64,000 nt of DNA from NCBI RefSeq assembly GCF_036971445.1, contig NC_091476.1, positions 47,616,001 through 47,680,000 on the forward strand. Direction: 5' to 3'. Every line of letters starts with the position of its first letter. Within the stretch, counting starts at the first letter, position 1. The notes beneath the pieces are model-generated. The model was not told where the DNA came from. It saw nothing but the letters and a program-made list of their open reading frames with translations, and searched no databases. Position numbers and translations under genes: made by a program. Below, in pieces: positions 38,996-51,400 of the stretch. The DNA is from Narcine bancroftii (lineage: Eukaryota).

Positions 38996-41646
38996 CAGCA
39001 GATCAAGCCCCATTAGTAGGAGACAAGGATTGTAGGGTTCCACACCTGCTCTAATTTACTATCTCCTGTGTTTGAGCTGAATTTCATATGTTATTGTAAT
39101 ATCAGCCTGAAGTCAATTTCATAGTTGCAGAATGATTTGAAACTCTGGACAGGTAATTCACAAATTGCATTAATCAAATAACTCCTGGCCATTTCAGTCA
39201 TGTTTTTGTATGTATATTTGTCCTCAGTATTGACATTTGTTGGTCATTTTGAGCCAATAACTCCATTTAAGAAGGGAAAGTTGCATTCCCTAGTGGAACA
39301 TCGGCAAGCCATTGGATTTTCATAGTATCTGTGCCTGGGATCCACTGTTCCTCAATTCATTGAGAATTCCTTGTCCCCCTCTAAATTCCTTGGTGCTGCT
39401 CCACTGCCAGGCTCCAAGGAACCAAAGTTTCATGAAAAAAATACTTGACCTCTTTTTACAGGAAGCTTGTCCAATACCTCATTACATTAATGTGTGCAGG
39501 ATTGGGAGGAAAATGCCAAGTGCATTTGCTACAAGCCACAATTAAGGTATGACCTTACAGATGCAGTCACAATGTGAGCTGTTGACATACTTGCAGGTAC
39601 AAAATCTGCACAATGTATGGTTTGTCATGGAGTTCAATGTTGGAACAAAGCCAGGCTTGTTAGATAGAGTTTTCTCCCTGGAATTTTATTTATGCCTCAG
39701 TGAGGTTTTATTTCAGAGATATGTTGGCAAATGTGTTTCTAATTAACTGTAAAGGTTTCATTATGTTATAATAGGCCATTACTTCAGAATCAGACAATAC
39801 AAATACACATCACAATCCATGCATTTGCCATTAATACACAAATTCCATACAGTTTGACAGTTGCTTGTGCAGGGTTCCTGCAGAGGGTGCCAATCGATTG
39901 ATTCGACAGCCCTATGACAATGCTCCTCATAATTCTGGACTCTTAACAAAAACAAAAGTCATTTGTTACACTGTTTTCCCTCCCTCTTCACGAAGAGGCC
40001 CTCACCCTGGCCTTTCCCTATGGTTCTTCTGTAATGTTTGTGTTAGTGAGAGCCAAGAGATTTCTTGCACATGTGCGTGGTGTGGAAATGGTTTAGAAAT
40101 ATTATTTCCTGAACATTTCACGCTTTGTTTTAAAGATTGACAAAGTGCTTGATCAGTTTAAGGCTGACGGAGAAGAAATACATTCTTCCTGGAAATTTGG
40201 AATTAAAATGTATGGGCGAAAAAAGAGAATCTATCTCCAACAGAAATGGCTTTGAAAGGTTTTCTATTATCTGGTTTACTCATTTTAAAATGGCAATTAG
40301 TGTCCAATGATTTTCATTTTCTGCAAAATGAACAGATTATGCTTTGTTGGGAATTGTCCCAAATAAATGACATAAAATGAATTCCGAAGTCCACAGATAT
40401 CAAATTGGAGGAAGACCTTGTCAAAAGAAATTTGAAGCTCATGGGATCAATAAAAAGCAGGTTGTTGGAAACGAAGGGGCTTGATGATAAAGAAATTTGC
40501 AGATAAAAGAAAAAAAATGCCCCGTGGTTGCTGGAAAGGAGGAAAGCTTTATTTTGCGGGAAAGAAATTAAGGGTGTGGTCATTTGGCCAGCAATATAGC
40601 GAATTGAATCTAATCCAGAGAAATGTGAGGGAATGCATTGGGAGGAGGTGTAAAGGTCAATTAATATAGAATAAATGAGAGGTTGCTGAGCTTTGTGGAG
40701 AAATGGGGGAAGCAAGGGGTTTACATCTACAGATTCTTAAAGGCGAAAGAAGTCAGTGAGGTAGATATAGAACATGACAGTAAAAGAGGCCCTTTACCCC
40801 ACGATCTTGTTCCGACCTATATAAACCTACTCCACAACAATCTAACTCTTCCCAGGCATACACTTATTTCTCTCCATTTTTCTTACATTCACATGCCTAT
40901 TTAAGAGCCCTATAGTGCCAACCCCCTCACCATCCATGGCAATGCATTCCAGGCGCCCATCCCTCTCTGTGTAAAATGATTAGCTCTGACACTTCCCCTA
41001 GGTTACAAAGACAAAGTGCAGGGTATAGAGAAGCGTATAGTTAAATAGTGCAAAAGCATCATCTTTTACCATGTGAGACCCATTTCAGAGTCTTAAAACT
41101 GCAACAGAGAAACTGTCATTGAATCTGGAGGTTCATGTTTTCAAGTTCATAGAGAGTGGTGGGAGTGTGGAACGAGCTTCCGGCTGAATTGGTAAATGGG
41201 GGCTCAATTTTAACATTTAAGAAGAATTTGGACTGGTATAAGGATGGGAGAGGTATGGAGGGCTACAGGCTGGGTGCAGGTCAGTGGGACGAGGAAAGAA
41301 AATGGTGCGGCACAGAGAATATGATGGGGATGGGATGGGTCATTCAAGTAGATTTCTGGATTTAAGGGGATCAAAGGAGAAGGAATTTTCAGGAATATTG
41401 ATTTTTTTTTGAGAACAGCCAGATGGTCTATTTCTATTCCCTACATTCTTTCTTCCATTGTTGCTGACGAGGAAGAGCCTGGCCGTTCAAGCTGGTTGTC
41501 GAGTGTAAATTCCGGGTAAACAGGCCTTCCCATGAGTAGCCCAATGAGCAGAAATTTCAGGACTTGCACCTTCCAATGTAGAATCCCAGACATAGGAAAA
41601 TATCGGAGGCTGATCGTGAAATGTAAAATCAGAACCATTCCTTTGG

Positions 41647-43220
41647 TCTTCAGCGTTTTCCCCCAAGGACCGTGGACTAGGTGTGATGATCACAGACATG
41701 GCAGGTTCAGCTCCAAGTGCCTTCAAGCCAATCCAGTTTCAAAAGAGAACCTCAAACACACCCCCTGTTTGAATGTGTTTGGTCCAGATATTGTAAGGTA
41801 CATATGGAGCCTTGTTTTTTTTAAAATCAAGATAAAAATCCTGAATTTTGCTAAAAGTTCAGGGATGCTCCAATTAGAGGCAATTCTGATATAATTCGTG
41901 CTGATTGTACATGAATAATAATGTACAACTGAGAGAGAAGAGTTAAGTTTGTGACCCTATTCACAAACTTGGAAATTGACCAATTAGAATTGACAGACAG
42001 TTCTACATTATTCAATTTCAATGATTCTTCCATTTACTGCACCTCTACAATGGACACAAATGTGTACTTAGGCCATTTGAGAAAAGTAACTACTAATTAT
42101 TCGTGTAGTGCTCAAACTTTGGCATTCCTCTTCATTTCACACAGAAGGTTAAACATGATTGCACAGCATCATTTGCAGACTTAAGTGTCTGGTAATTTAG
42201 CATAAACTGTTTACTTATGAAATCGCTGTTCATGTTTCTCCTTGGAGAAAATTAGTTATTTTGCTCTTTGTCTGCCTCAGATATCTTTTTCATCAGGATC
42301 TGTACGACAGACGATGAAATTTTGAGGCTTTTGCAGCACTGGCCAAATTGTAATGTTAATGATGCCCCATATCAGCTGTCTCCCATTCTAAGCAGCTCTT
42401 CCCAGCTTGCCCTCCATATCTCTTTCCAGGCTTCCCATAAATTGTAGCACTTCTGTCTGCCATGTGACATTGAGCTTCACATTCTCATCACAGGGGAAGT
42501 CTTCTTCGTTCTTCATTTGCTTTTTGGTCTCCATAATTCTTCTCATCAGCAAATAGGAACACTTCCCCCTCATTCATCCTGTTGAACCACAAAGGCCTCT
42601 AACAGGTCTCCTCTTTATTTTCCCTTTTCCAGAGAATTGGTCACACTCCTGCTCGTTCCAACCAATTGATTTTGGAGACATCCTTGTAAACGTTCCACAC
42701 TTGCTGTATGGCCTTGCTGAGCATTGATCATATCAGGGCACTCTATGTATGGTCCACCCTCAGTTTACATACATTTATCATTCTCTCCCTGCTTTTCTAT
42801 CCTGTTATTATACAAACTGGTTCCTGCTCTTGGCATTCTTCATGGACTAATCAAAGTGTAATGCCTTTACAGTACCAGCGATCAGGACGGCATTGTCTGG
42901 AAGGAGTTTGCACATTCTCCCCACACTGCATGGGTTTTCTCCAGGGTGGGGGGGGGGTGGGGGTCCAGTTTCTTTCCACCCTTCAAATTACGTACCGGGA
43001 CAGAACGGACTTGTAGGGGCAAATTGGTTTGTTACAGTGTTGTATATCTAAAATCAATTACATTGCAACATTTAAGTGAGTCGGCTCTTCAGCGTTTTCC
43101 CCCAAGGACTGTGGACTAGGTGTGATGATCCCAGACATGGCAGGCTCAGCTCCAGGTGCCTTCAAACCAATCCAGTTTCAAAAGAGAGTCTCAAACACCC
43201 CCCTGTTTGAATGTGTTTGG
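41647..43220. repeat. About 135-bp direct repeat pair (41647-41782 and 43086-43220)
   Basis: TCTTCAGCGTTTTCCCCCAAGGAC...TGTTTGAATGTGTTTGG occurs twice, with about 9 differences counted by eye. Confidence 0.92.
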
Positions 43221-43960
43221 CTTCTGTTTTATGTGTAATTTCTTTTACTTCAAGGAGTCAGCTTCCTCTTCACTTCCTCCCGCACATAGAATCCTGTTTT
43301 CAGGCATCGAGAGGTGAACTAGAAAACAAATTTAGTTACATACTTGGGAACTAAGTAAAATTCAGGGAAAGAATTAGACAATTCGATCAAATACTTAGTA
43401 AGCTTCTTATTGTCTGCTTTCTCAGTGAGAGCCACTTAGGGTTGTGAAACAAAGATGTAGCACCAAAATCACTTCTGCAAAAGTCCAAGAGATATTCAAA
43501 GTTAACTCATCTGGCAGCTCTTTCTTTGTTACCGTTTTAAAGTGCTCCCTTCCAAAATTTGAAAATGAGTCTATGTTTCAAGGATTTATTATTTCTTCCT
43601 CCTCTGTCCTTCCTCGCTTTTGAACATCATCCTGTTTTACCGCTCTGTGTTCAGTTCACCATGTCAAGAAGCAAAAAAGGATGTCTGGGGAGGTAAGGGT
43701 GACCTGAGACCATTAGCCAAGACTGGCTGCGATTTCCTCTGAGAAGAACAGGATAATCAGGCTGGACTTTAAAACAAGTTGTTGATTTGCTCTAAAACAC
43801 TGTGTACTAAAATCCAAGCCCTCCAATGTTATTTCTGGGTGTTTTGACTTTGAATTTCTCTCAGGGAAAGTATGTCCCTGCCTAAATTTCCTCAGCTTTG
43901 ACCAGGCACACCACCCCCCACCCCGCACCCCCACCTTGCTACACGATGGGATAGCCTATA

Positions 43961-45202
43961 TGTGGTAAACTACTGTTATGCTATGACTGGCTGCTGTTGG
44001 CTGGACATGCCTCCTGAAATCAATTCTACCCATAATACCTTTCTCCAGTGGTTTCAAGGGACCCCTCCCCTCCTCCAACCAGAATGTCTGCTTACTTAAA
44101 ATAATCGATGAATACTCCCACTTCCTCTTCACCATGCCATGCCTGGACATGAACACAGCCACAGTTATCAAAGCCCTCTTTGGGTACCCTGACTTCATCC
44201 ACAGTGACCAAGGAACATCATTCATGAGTGATGAGCTGTGGCAGTACCTGCTGGCCAGGGGCATCATCATGAGCAGGACCACCAGCTACAATTCCAGAGA
44301 TAATGGGCAAGTGGAAAGGGAGAATGCTACGGCCAACCTCCTGGCATTGAGGACATGGGTCTCCACATTTTCCACTGGCAAGAAGTCCTCCTAGTCACAC
44401 TCCACTCCATCTGGTCATTTTTATGTATGGCCACCAACAACATGCCTCATGGACTGATGTTTGCTTTCCTTAGGAAGTCTGCGTCTGGGACTACCTGCCT
44501 GGCTGGCTGACCTCCCCAGCTCTGGAAGCACATCTGACTTGCTGGTCGAGATGGTCCGCCTTCTCCATGCGAATCCCTAGTATGCCTACATTGCCTTCTC
44601 TGAAGGGCATGAAGACACAGACTCAATCCAGGACATTGCACCATTGGGCACCTCCCTGACCATCTCTGGCTTTATAAAGACACTCTTTCCCCCCCCACCA
44701 CTTCACCCTTGGGGGTCCCGGAATTGCAGCTGACCACCCCCTACACCTGACCATTGTTGTCGCCAATGATGTACCAGCTCCATAGATCCCCACCACTTCA
44801 CCTGTTCTCACCCCTCAACAAACAGTTAACAGGCCAACCTCACAAGCTGCTCAGGATGCTACGGCAGTGCCCCAACCATTGCACATCATTCACTAGGGCA
44901 GAGGAGACCCCCTGATAGACTTAACCTGTGAAATGCACATATGTACAGCTGTTTCACCCCCTCTTTTTTTTCTCACCCTGCAGGACTCTTCTTACAAAGG
45001 AGAGGTGAATGTGGTAAACCACTGTTATGCCATGATTAGCTGCTTCTGGCTGGACACACCTCCTGAAACCGATCCCATAGCCCCTTGAATGATCCCCCTT
45101 TCTCTTCGTTTCAATCAGTCAAGACGATTGTTCCAGTCTTTAGTTAATAAAAGCCTGATAGTTTCACAACTCCTGCCTTTTGTGATTATTAATGGTGCAT
45201 CT
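43961..45202 (+). mobile_element. Gypsy LTR element, internally deleted (partial 5' LTR, integrase, PPT, 3' LTR at 45010-45202)
   Basis: TGTGGTAAAC LTR start occurs twice. Integrase FKGPLPSS..IIDEYS..IHSDQGTSFMS..TTSYNSRDNGQVER. The LTR matches 16145-16349. Confidence 0.9.
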
Positions 45203-45224
45203 CCATTTCTCTGGCAAACTTCAG

Positions 45225-45750
45225 AATCAGAATTTATTGTCATGAGCATGCCACAAAATATGTTTTGCAGTAGCATTATAGTGCAAATATTTCTATAAAA
45301 TTACATTTAAAAATAAATAAATCGGTGTTGAAATAAGAGAAAGTGAGATAGTGTCTGTGGTTCATTCAAATATCTGATAGCACAGGGGAAGAAGCTGTCC
45401 TTGTGCCACTGGGTGTTCATCTTCAGGTTCCTGTACCTTCTTCCTGATGGTGGCAGTGAGAGGAGGGTGTGGCCTGGGTGGTGAGGGTCCTTGAGGCTAG
45501 AGACTGCTAACTTAAGACACTGCCTCAAGCAGATGTCCTTGATGGAGTGGAGACTAATAGCACTGCGAATTCACAACTCTGTAGGTTCCTTGTCCTGTGC
45601 CTTGGCTCCTCGGTACCAGTCAGTGATGCAACCGGTCAGAATGTTCTCCGTGGTACACTTGTAAAAGTTTGGGGTGTCTTTGGTGATGTACCAAATCTCT
45701 ACAAACTAAGTAGAGCCGCTGGCTAGTCTTCGTGATTGCATCGACTTGAC
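45225..45750 (-). mobile_element. Rex1/Babar 3' fragment
   Basis: LKDPHHPGHTLLSLPPSGRRYRNL..KDSFFPCAIRYLN and tail aataaattctgattctga. Confidence 0.85.
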
Positions 45751-46139
45751 AATGGGGGTTTTGAGCGCTCATTAAAATATTAGCATGGCATCATAAAGAC
45801 AGTGACACCAAGAAATGCTTTCACCTGGCCGCCCGCTGGCCTGAATGCCTGGATCTTGGGTTCACCACTGAAACAGACAAGAAGCTGTGTGGGCACGGAG
45901 GTTATGGGGGGGGGGGTGGTGGGGGTGGGCGCAGGAGGCAGTGGCATCGGAGGAGGTGGTGATGTACAGGGGCACTCTGAAGGGAGTTTTTTTGCATCTT
46001 TTTCCAGTCTTGGAAGTGACGCTGGACTAAAGAGTCCCGTTTGTGTGCCTTTTCAGGGAAACAAAAGGAGGAACAGCTAGGGAGAGGGGTCAGAGATGGC
46101 ACCTGATTACACCATTCTAGGATTAACATTATTTAGATT

Positions 46140-46345
46140 ACATTCAGACATACTGCACATTAACAGGCCCGTTCGACCCATGAGCCCATGCCACCCAAAT
46201 GACCTACAAACTCGGTATGTTTCGAAGAAAGGGAGAAAACTGGAGCACGTGGAGCAAACCCAGCAGACACGAGGAGAATGTACAGACAGCGCTGGATTCG
46301 AACCCCAATTGCAGTGTTGAACTAGATGCTATGCTAATCGTGCTG
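46140..46345 (-). mobile_element. V-SINE (HE1-like)
   Basis: On the minus strand: B-box ggggttcgaatcc, a V-domain, and the tail catgggctcatgggtcgaacgggcctgtta. Confidence 0.7.
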
Positions 46346-46819
46346 CTCTGAAGAGCTGCCAGTCTTACTCACTGATTCCACCTACCGTCATCTGCATCAA
46401 GCCAACCGTTGAGCTGCTGCTTTGCAATTGGCATCTGGGTGAAGGAGGAGTGCATCGCTTCAGTACAATGCATCTGACAATGGATGATTAATCTGTTATT
46501 TACAAGGCAATGGCATGACAAGTGCAGTGAGTGTTAATGTTAAAGAGAGCAGATGTCAAGGTTGTGACCTTTTGATCGTGCTTAGAATTAGGGTAAGCAA
46601 AAGCCAGAGAAGCAGGGGATGGGGAAGGTAAGAAACCTTTCAGGGGTAGAGAAATCCTCTCATCTAAAAGAAATTGGGGCATGGCCGGAGAGCGGGGAGC
46701 GAAAGCACAGTGCTCCCGTGGTGTCAAACTGCCCAGTACGACTTCTGTTAGCTCCGTATAGACATTGAAAGGCGTGTTAAAGGATCCGACAGTGGTTTTA
46801 GATAAAATCTCGCACCCAA

Positions 46820-47855
46820 GTTAGCAGCGCCTACAATCGGCAGCAGCCATAAGGGATTGTAGACTCCGGAGAAGCGGAGGACTGATGCGGGGCACCAGAA
46901 GGGGAGACCATGCCTCATTTGAGATGGAGAAGCAGAGGAGAGAACCCACGGGACGGTGACCACAGCGGCAGAACAGTGAGGGGGCTCTGCGGATGAAGGA
47001 CCCACACAGGTGGCCGGCTGTTGGTGATTCCATATAACCATATAACTGTTTACAGCACGGAAACAGGCCATGTCGGCCCTTCGAGTCCACACTGGTTCAA
47101 TTGAACAACTCCACTATCTCAATCCTCCTGCTCTCCGCCCATAACCCTCCAAACCCCTCACCTCCATGTACACATCCAACCTTCTCTTAAATGACAGAAG
47201 GGATCCTGCGCACCTATCTCTTTTGGAAGATCATTCCATTCTGCCACCACTCGCTGAGTGAAAAAGTATCCTCTAGTATTTCTCCTAAAGTTTTGCCCCC
47301 TTACCCTTAACTCATGTCCTCTTGTTCCAACCTCACCTGCCTTCAGAGGAAAGAGTCTGTTTATGTCTAGTCTATCTATTCCTTTTATCATTTTAAATAC
47401 CTCTATCAAGTTCCCTCTCACCCACGGAGGCTGTGGAGATTCCAGTCAAGGGACTTGCACCAGCCTGTGGACGGCTGGAGAATGGCTTGCGACTGGCTGA
47501 AGGTGGGCTAGGGTATCGGAACTGGGATGCGAGAGAGTGCCAAGGGCCCGAAGGATTCGTCAATATATCAGCGGTTTGGATCTGGAGCTCGGGTTGGTGA
47601 TGATTTGGACCTGAGTCTGTGTGGCTGTGGGAGTGCTGGAGGTGAATCCATAGACACTCGGTGACTCGCGGGGGTTGGGTGGGGGAGGGGGAGGGGGCGA
47701 GGACCTCTCATTCATTTCTCTTTCTCTGACTGTAAAAGGTGCTTCGGGTAATTTCTGCCAATGTCAAATCTGTCTCTCTAATGGCAGATAAAAGGCAATT
47801 TTGTGTAATACGACACTGTTTTTATTACATGAAAATAAATTGAATCTTATATCTT
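46820..47855 (+). repeat. Non-coding interspersed repeat, family X copy split by a CR1 insertion
   Basis: GC-rich 5' part and shared family blocks. Tail attacatgaaaataaattgaatcttatatcttgaa. Confidence 0.65.
47031..47420 (-). mobile_element. CR1 LINE 3' fragment, young
   Basis: Open frame RGNLIEVFKMIKGIDRLD..TRGHELRVRG..FFTQRVVAEWNDLP. Tail of (tatatggt) repeats. Confidence 0.9.
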
Positions 47856-48509
47856 GAATATTCCAAGTACGTTTCCATTTCCCATGTCGAGCAGACTCTA
47901 TGGAAGCTGATAGGAACAGTCTCGCCTCCAGCTGCCTAACTTTAGAATCTTCTTTCCATATCATGGATCTCCCAAAAGAATGTGGATTCAAAAGAACTAT
48001 TCACACCCCACTTGGCCTTGAATGCTTTAGTGCACTGGGTAACTGTGGTTCATTCCTGATAGCTCCGTAAATAGGGGGAAAAAATGATGCTGCGATGTGC
48101 TTTATGCAGACAAAAGTACCGATTAAAGCTGTCTTGCCTGAGGTTCTTACTCCTGCCATTAATTAACCTTACAAAAGGGGTTCATTTCCTGACATTCAGG
48201 ATCAATGTAAATGAGAAGAACAGAGGACCCTTTCACTGAAGGCGAGAGATTGGTAAGAAAATGGTAAGCAAAGAAGAAAAGCTCACAATTCTTTTATTCC
48301 CTCCTCGAGGCTGGGAACTTTTAATTCTGTCTGCTTGCCTGAGATTAGAGTGGAAGTGACAAAAAAAATGCTTTGCTAATCTTTACCTGCATGCCGACAT
48401 TACATCCAGAAGGTAGCATCAATCTTGTGCGTGACTGGCCTTGTCAGGGCATATAGAAGCAGCAGTATGGGATTCTCAGTGTGAGCTATAAATGTCAGTT
48501 ATATAGATC

Positions 48510-48904
48510 CATAGAATCAGAGAACACGACAGCATAGAAACAGACCATTAGGCCCATCTAGTCCAGACCCTTAGGCTCATCTAGTCCATTCCAAACTATT
48601 GATTCCACTTGGTTCCATCAACCTGCATCTGGACATTGTTCTCCCCATCCATGTACCGTACCTATCTAATCTTCTTTTTAATGTCAAATTCGAACCTGCA
48701 TCTATCAACTCTGCCGATGCCTCATTTCACAGTCTCACCACCCTCTGAGGGAAAAAGTTCCCCGACGTTCTCCTTGAATGTTTCACCTTTCACCCCTGAC
48801 CTATATCCTCTCATTCTTGTCTCACCCAGCCTCAGTAGAAAAAGCCTGTTTTTATTAACCCTATCCATACCCCTCAAAATCTTCTATCAAATTTCCCCTT
48901 ATTC
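48510..48904 (-). mobile_element. CR1 LINE 3' fragment abutting an assembly gap
   Basis: IRGNLIEDF..GMDRVNK and a CR1 tail. Confidence 0.75.
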
Positions 48905-49049
48905 NNNNNNNNNNNNNNNNNNNNNNNNNNNNNNNNNNNNNNNNNNNNNNNNNNNNNNNNNNNNNNNNNNNNNNNNNNNNNNNNNNNNNNNNNNNNNNNN
49001 NNNNNNNNNNNNNNNNNNNNNNNNNNNNNNNNNNNNNNNNNNNNNNNNN
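48905..49049. other. Assembly gap (145 N)
   Basis: Run of n characters. Confidence 0.99.
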
Positions 49050-49411
49050 CAAATCATATATATCTCATATCATCTAGCTCTAGCTCACTATTAACATTCA
49101 TATTTCAGTACCAGAGTAGAGCATTGGAAGTGAGTGAGGCGGAGGAGGCCTTTTTGTAAGGAACACCTGTGTGGAGTGTTACAAGCTGTTTCTCTGATTG
49201 CTGAGCTTTTATGCTTGAAAATAAGATGACATTTTGAGTGTGTGCATTTATGTTTTGGATGGAATTAGTAATTATCCTCTTATTTAGATTCTTTAAAATG
49301 TTGGTGGGGAGTCTGAATTGGGTGTTCTGTTCAAGATCAAATTGAAGATCTTTGAATTTCCCCCAAGATTCCAGTCCTGCTGTCAAAGTCGGTACCAGAA
49401 TTATTCACTTA

Positions 49412-49779
49412 AGCCCCCTTCGTATTTGCCAGTGATTCCAGGAATCGAATGCCAGTCGGCCTTTAAAGTGGCAAGCATGAAAGCAAATTCTGCCCAATGC
49501 CGGTATCAGATGATGTCATCTCAATCATCTCACACCGGGGATTGCCGGCCTCGACCCCTAGTACAATCCCCAGCATCCGCAGACGCTGGCGTTGAGATCA
49601 GGCAAGTGTGAAATGGGCAATTGCATTGCGGGAACTTCCTATTAAAGGGACGAACCCTTGCGGGTGTGAATGCATTCAGTGTCCAAGTTAGGAGTGGTCT
49701 GGTATGAAAGGCCAAACCCCCATTCCTATCCTGGGACACTGAATGGCTGATTTACTGGGATGCAAGTGTGAAAGGGGCC
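49412..49779. mobile_element. PIF/Harbinger-type MITE
   Basis: Imperfect TIRs AGCCCCCTTCGTATTTGC / GCAAGTGTGAAAGGGGCC match at 13/18. Flanks TTA and TGA resemble a TWA TSD. Internal repeats of gtgtgaa. Confidence 0.6.
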
Positions 49780-50097
49780 TGAGATTCTCATAGCTTCAGC
49801 TTTTAAAATTCCTGAACTGTGACACCCAGAGATATCCTTCCACAATTCCATAAATATTCCTGAGATATGCTTTACCTTAAAATTTGGGTCACTTTTATAC
49901 ATATATATAAAAAGCTTTGATAAAGGGTCTCAAACTGAAATATTGTCTGACCATTTCTTTCCATTATCGATATTGGCTGACCCAATGAGTTCCTACAGCT
50001 TCTCTGGATCAAGCAATTCTTTGTGGTCTTTTTCCTCCATATTTTCTCCAACCTCCCAGTTTCCATTCCTTGGTGATTGGCAACTATACCTTCAACT

Positions 50098-50345
50098 GGG
50101 TGGCACGGTTGGCTCGCACAACACCTTTACAGCGCCAGCGATTGGGACCGGGTATTGAATCCTATGCTGTCTGTAAGTAGTTTGTACATTCTCCTCGTGC
50201 CTACATGGGTTTTCCCCAGGATTTCTGGTTTCCTCTGGCCATTCAAAATATACCAGGGTGTAAGTTAATTGGGTGTAAATTGGGCGGCATGGGCTCATAG
50301 GCCAAAATGGCCTGTTACCGTGCTGAATGTATAAATTTTAAAAAT
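50098..50345 (+). mobile_element. V-SINE (HE1-like), near full length
   Basis: tRNA-like head with A- and B-box remnants (tggcacggttgg; gggtattgaatcc). V-domain tgtaagtagtttgtacattctc..tgggttttcc..ctggtttcct. CR1-like tail and A/T end. Confidence 0.8.
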
Positions 50346-50639
50346 AAATTAAAAATTACACAGAAGCTCTAAATCCCTCTTACTAAGAAACTTATGATTC
50401 ACTGTGACATGTAGATTGGATTCAACATTGGCTTGGCCATAGCAGAGAGAGAAGGTAGTGGTAGAGGGTGTTACTTTAACTGGATGTCTGTGATCATCTG
50501 TGTTCCACAGGGATCAGTGCTGGGACCACTAATATCAATAATTTGGACAAAACTTTAGTCAGTTTGCAGATGACAAAAATATTTGGGAAAATTGTGGACT
50601 GTGAGGAAGTTTGTCAAAGGATATACTCAAAACTCTGGA

Positions 50640-51400
50640 ACATGCGGACATCAGGAAGTATACCTCGATTCGGCATTCAACACCGTCATCCACTCGAAGC
50701 CGATCAGCCAATTTCAAGAGCTGTGCCTCAATACCGCACTGTGCAATTGGATCCTGGATTTCCTTACCTTCAGTATCCCAACCAGTGCGGATTGGCAAGA
50801 ATTTCTCCCTCACCATCTCCAGCAGCATCAGAGCACCACAGGGCTACGTACTTATCCCCCTGCTCTTCTTGCTGTACACCAAAGAGGACATGGTTCTGTG
50901 TGAAAACACCACCACTTACAAATTTGCTGATGACACCACAATAAGGTATAAAGAGGGGCAATAGGTCAACATAGAGGAGGGAGGGAGACTGAAAACAGCT
51001 GAATGGCGTTCAAACAATGTAACCAAGACCATGGGGCTGCCAGGAAAGTGCACCAATACCTTTACTTTCTTTGAAGACTAAGTACACTTGGACCTGTCTT
51101 TTCCCTTTCTCAACAACTTCAACCGGTCCACATTCAAAAGCATACTTGGCAACACAATTTGGTACAGAAACTGCTCTGCTCAAGATCAGAAGCAGCTACA
51201 GAAGATGGAGAATGTAGCACAGAACATAACGCAAACTTCCTTCCCCTCCATGGATCCCATCTGCATTTTCCACTGCCTAGCAAAGACAGACACAGACACA
51301 TTTTTGTCTCCCTCCTCCTGTTAGGGTGAAGCCTTAAGAGCACACAACGGCAGACTAAGGAACAGTTTCTTCCCCACATCTATCGGGCTCCTAAATGAAC
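50640..51400 (+). mobile_element. Rex1/Babar LINE RT, decayed
   Basis: SAFNTV..LCNWILDFLT..APQGYVLIPLLFLLYT..YKFADDTT. Confidence 0.85.

Noticed and set aside
48200-48263. Acceptor and donor pair suggesting a plus-strand exon
   Set aside because: Stops in all three frames and no other support.
48609-49094. ORFs spanning X residues
   Set aside because: Artefact of the N gap.
50098-50170. tRNA gene
   Set aside because: It is only a decayed tRNA-derived SINE head with no cloverleaf.
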